Source of the DNA: Macrostomum hystrix
Taxonomy: Eukaryota > Animalia > Platyhelminthes
DNA: 64,000 bases
Assembly (NCBI GenBank): GCA_950097015.1
Contig: CATNEN010000025.1
Coordinates: forward strand, 5,270,001 to 5,334,000
Reading direction: 5' to 3'
The notes below the pieces were generated by a model. It made no database searches, was not told the origin of the DNA, and saw only the letters and a list, made by a program, of their open reading frames with translations. Positions 61,663 through 64,000 of the stretch are shown here, piece after piece. Positions within the stretch are counted from its first letter, which is position 1, and the number at the start of each line of letters is the position of its first letter. The translations under genes and the position numbers were made by a program.

Positions 61663-64000
61663 AATCTGACCCTACTTAGTCAAAATCTAACCCTACTTAG
61701 TCGAAATCTGACCCTACTTAGTCGAAATCTCACCCTGCTTAGTCAAAATCTCACCCCACTTCTAACTATGCACAATCTCATCCTACGTCTCATCATCCAG
61801 AATCTCACCCCATTTCTCATCATCCAGAATCTCACCCCATTTCTCATCATCCAGAATCTCACCCTATTTCTCATCATCCAAAATCTCACCCCATTTCTCA
61901 TCATCCAGAATCTCACCCCATTTCTCATCATCCAGAATCTCACCCCATTTCTCATCATCCAGAATCTCAATTCATTTCTCATCATCCAGAATCTCAATTC
62001 ATTTCTCATCATCCAGAATCTCACCCCATTTCTCATCATCCAGAATCTCACCCCATTTCTCATCATCCAGAATCTCAATTCATTTCTCATCATCCAGAAT
62101 CTCACCCAATTTCTCATCATCCAGAATCTCACCCCATTTCTCATCATCCAGAATCTCAATTCATTTCTCATCATCCAGAATCTCACCCCATTTCTCATCA
62201 TCCAGAATCTCACCCATTTCTCATCATCCAGAATCTCACCCCATTTCTCATCATCCAGAATCTCACCCATTTCTCATCATCCAGAATCTCAATTCATTTC
62301 TCATCATCCAGAATCTCACCCCATTTCTCATCATCCAGAATCTCAATTCATTTCTCATCATCCAGAATCTCACCCTATTTCTCATCATCCAGAATCTCAC
62401 CCATTTCTCATTATCCAGAATCTCACCCCATTTCTCATCATCCAGAATCTCACCCTATTTCTCATCATCCAAAATCTCACCCCATTTCTCATCATCCAGA
62501 ATCTCACCCCATTTCTCATCATCCAGAATCTCACCCCATTTCTCATCATCCAGAATCTCAATTCATTTCTCATCATCCAGAATCTCAATTCATTTCTCAT
62601 CATCCAGAATCTCAATTCATTTCTCATCATCCAGAATCTCAATTCATTTCTCATCATCCAGAATCTCACTTCATTTCTCATCATCCAGAATCTCAATTCA
62701 TTTCTCATCATCCAGAATCTCAATTCATTTCTCATCATCCAGAATCTCACCCCATTTCTCATCATCCAGAATCTCACCCCATTTCTCATCATCCAGAATC
62801 TCAATTCATTTCTCATCATCCAGAATCTCAATTCATTTCTCATCATCCAGAATCTCAATTCATTTCTCATCATCCAGAATCTCACCCCATTTCTCATCAT
62901 CCAGAATCTCACCCCATTTCTCATTATCCAGAATCTCAATTCATTTCTCATCATCCAGAATCTCAATTCATTTCTCATCATCCAGAATCTTACCCCATTT
63001 CTCATCATCCAGAATCTCACCCCATTTCTCATCATCCAGAATCTCACCCATTTCTCATCATCCAGAATCTCACCCCATTTCTCATCATCCAGAATCTCAC
63101 CCCATTTCTCATCATCCAGAATCTTACCCCATTTCTCATCATCCAGAATCTCACCCCATTTCTCATCATCCAGAATCTCACCCCATTTCTCATCATCCAG
63201 AATCTCACCCCATTTCTCATCATCCAGAATCTCACCCCATTTCTCATCATCCAGAATCTCACCCATTTCTCATTATCCAGAATCTCAATTCATTTCTCAT
63301 CATCCAGAATCTCACCCCATTTCTCATCATCCAGAATCTCAATTCATTTCTCATCATCCAGAATCTCACCCATTTCTCATCATCCAGAATCTCACCCCAT
63401 GTCTCATCATCCAGAATCTCACCCCATTTCTCATCATCCAGAATCTTACCCCATTTCTCATCATCCAGAATCTCACCCCATTTCTCATTATCCAGAATCT
63501 CACCCCATTTCTCATCATCCAGAATCTCAATTCATTTCTCATCATCCAGAATCTCAATTCATTTCTCATCATCCAGAATCTCACCCCATTTCTCATCATC
63601 CAGAATCTCACCCCATTTCTCATCATTCAGAATCTCAATTCATTTCTCATCATCCAGAATCTCACCCATTTCTCATTATCCAGAATCTTAATTCATTTCT
63701 CATCATCCAGAATCTCACCCCATTTCTCATCATCCAGAATCTCACCCCATTTCTCATTATCCAGAATCTCACCCCATTTCTCATCATCCAGAATCTCAAT
63801 TCATTTCTCATCATCCAGAATCTCAATTCATTTCTCATCATCCAGAATCTCACCCATTTCTCATCATCCAGAATCTCACCCCATGTCTCATCATCCAGAA
63901 TCTCACCCCATTTCTCATCATCCAGAATCTCACCCCATTTCTCATCATCCAGAATCTCACCCCATTTCTCATCATCCAGAATCTCAATTCATTTCTCATC
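61663..64000. repeat. 27-bp satellite (CAGAATCTCACCCCATTTCTCATCATC) running off the window end, preceded by ~5 units of a related 21-bp repeat
   Basis: VRFWMMRNG periodicity; AATCT-ACCCTACTTAGTC units at 61663, 61684, 61705, 61726. Confidence 0.97.

Overview
Eukaryotic (metazoan) genomic DNA with no prokaryotic signal. The composition (GC-rich exons with GCN/GGN runs, many unrelated minisatellites, tRNA-derived SINEs) is reminiscent of a flatworm such as Macrostomum; this is inference, not a database match. Two protein-coding genes are supported. (1) A two-exon LRR + Ig-like single-pass receptor on + (7449-8234 joined to 17563-18495, about 572 aa) whose 9.3-kb phase-0 intron is about 93% one 20-bp satellite. 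(2) An intronless class A peptide-type GPCR on - (51575-52969, 464 aa) with poly-Gly and a 25-Ala tract. Roughly 30 kb (about 45%) of the window is tandem repeat from about 20 unrelated families with 3-42 bp units. Several arrays show higher-order duplications and degenerate edges. Two dispersed tRNA-headed SINE families are present: family A with a CORE-like domain, and family B with one full-length copy flanked by a 14-bp TSD. There is also an unexplained ~110-bp module linked to family A and a 1990-bp tandem duplication bounded by a 16-bp satellite. Almost all other long ORFs in the track are translations of tandem repeats. Coordinates were counted by hand; array edges are approximate.
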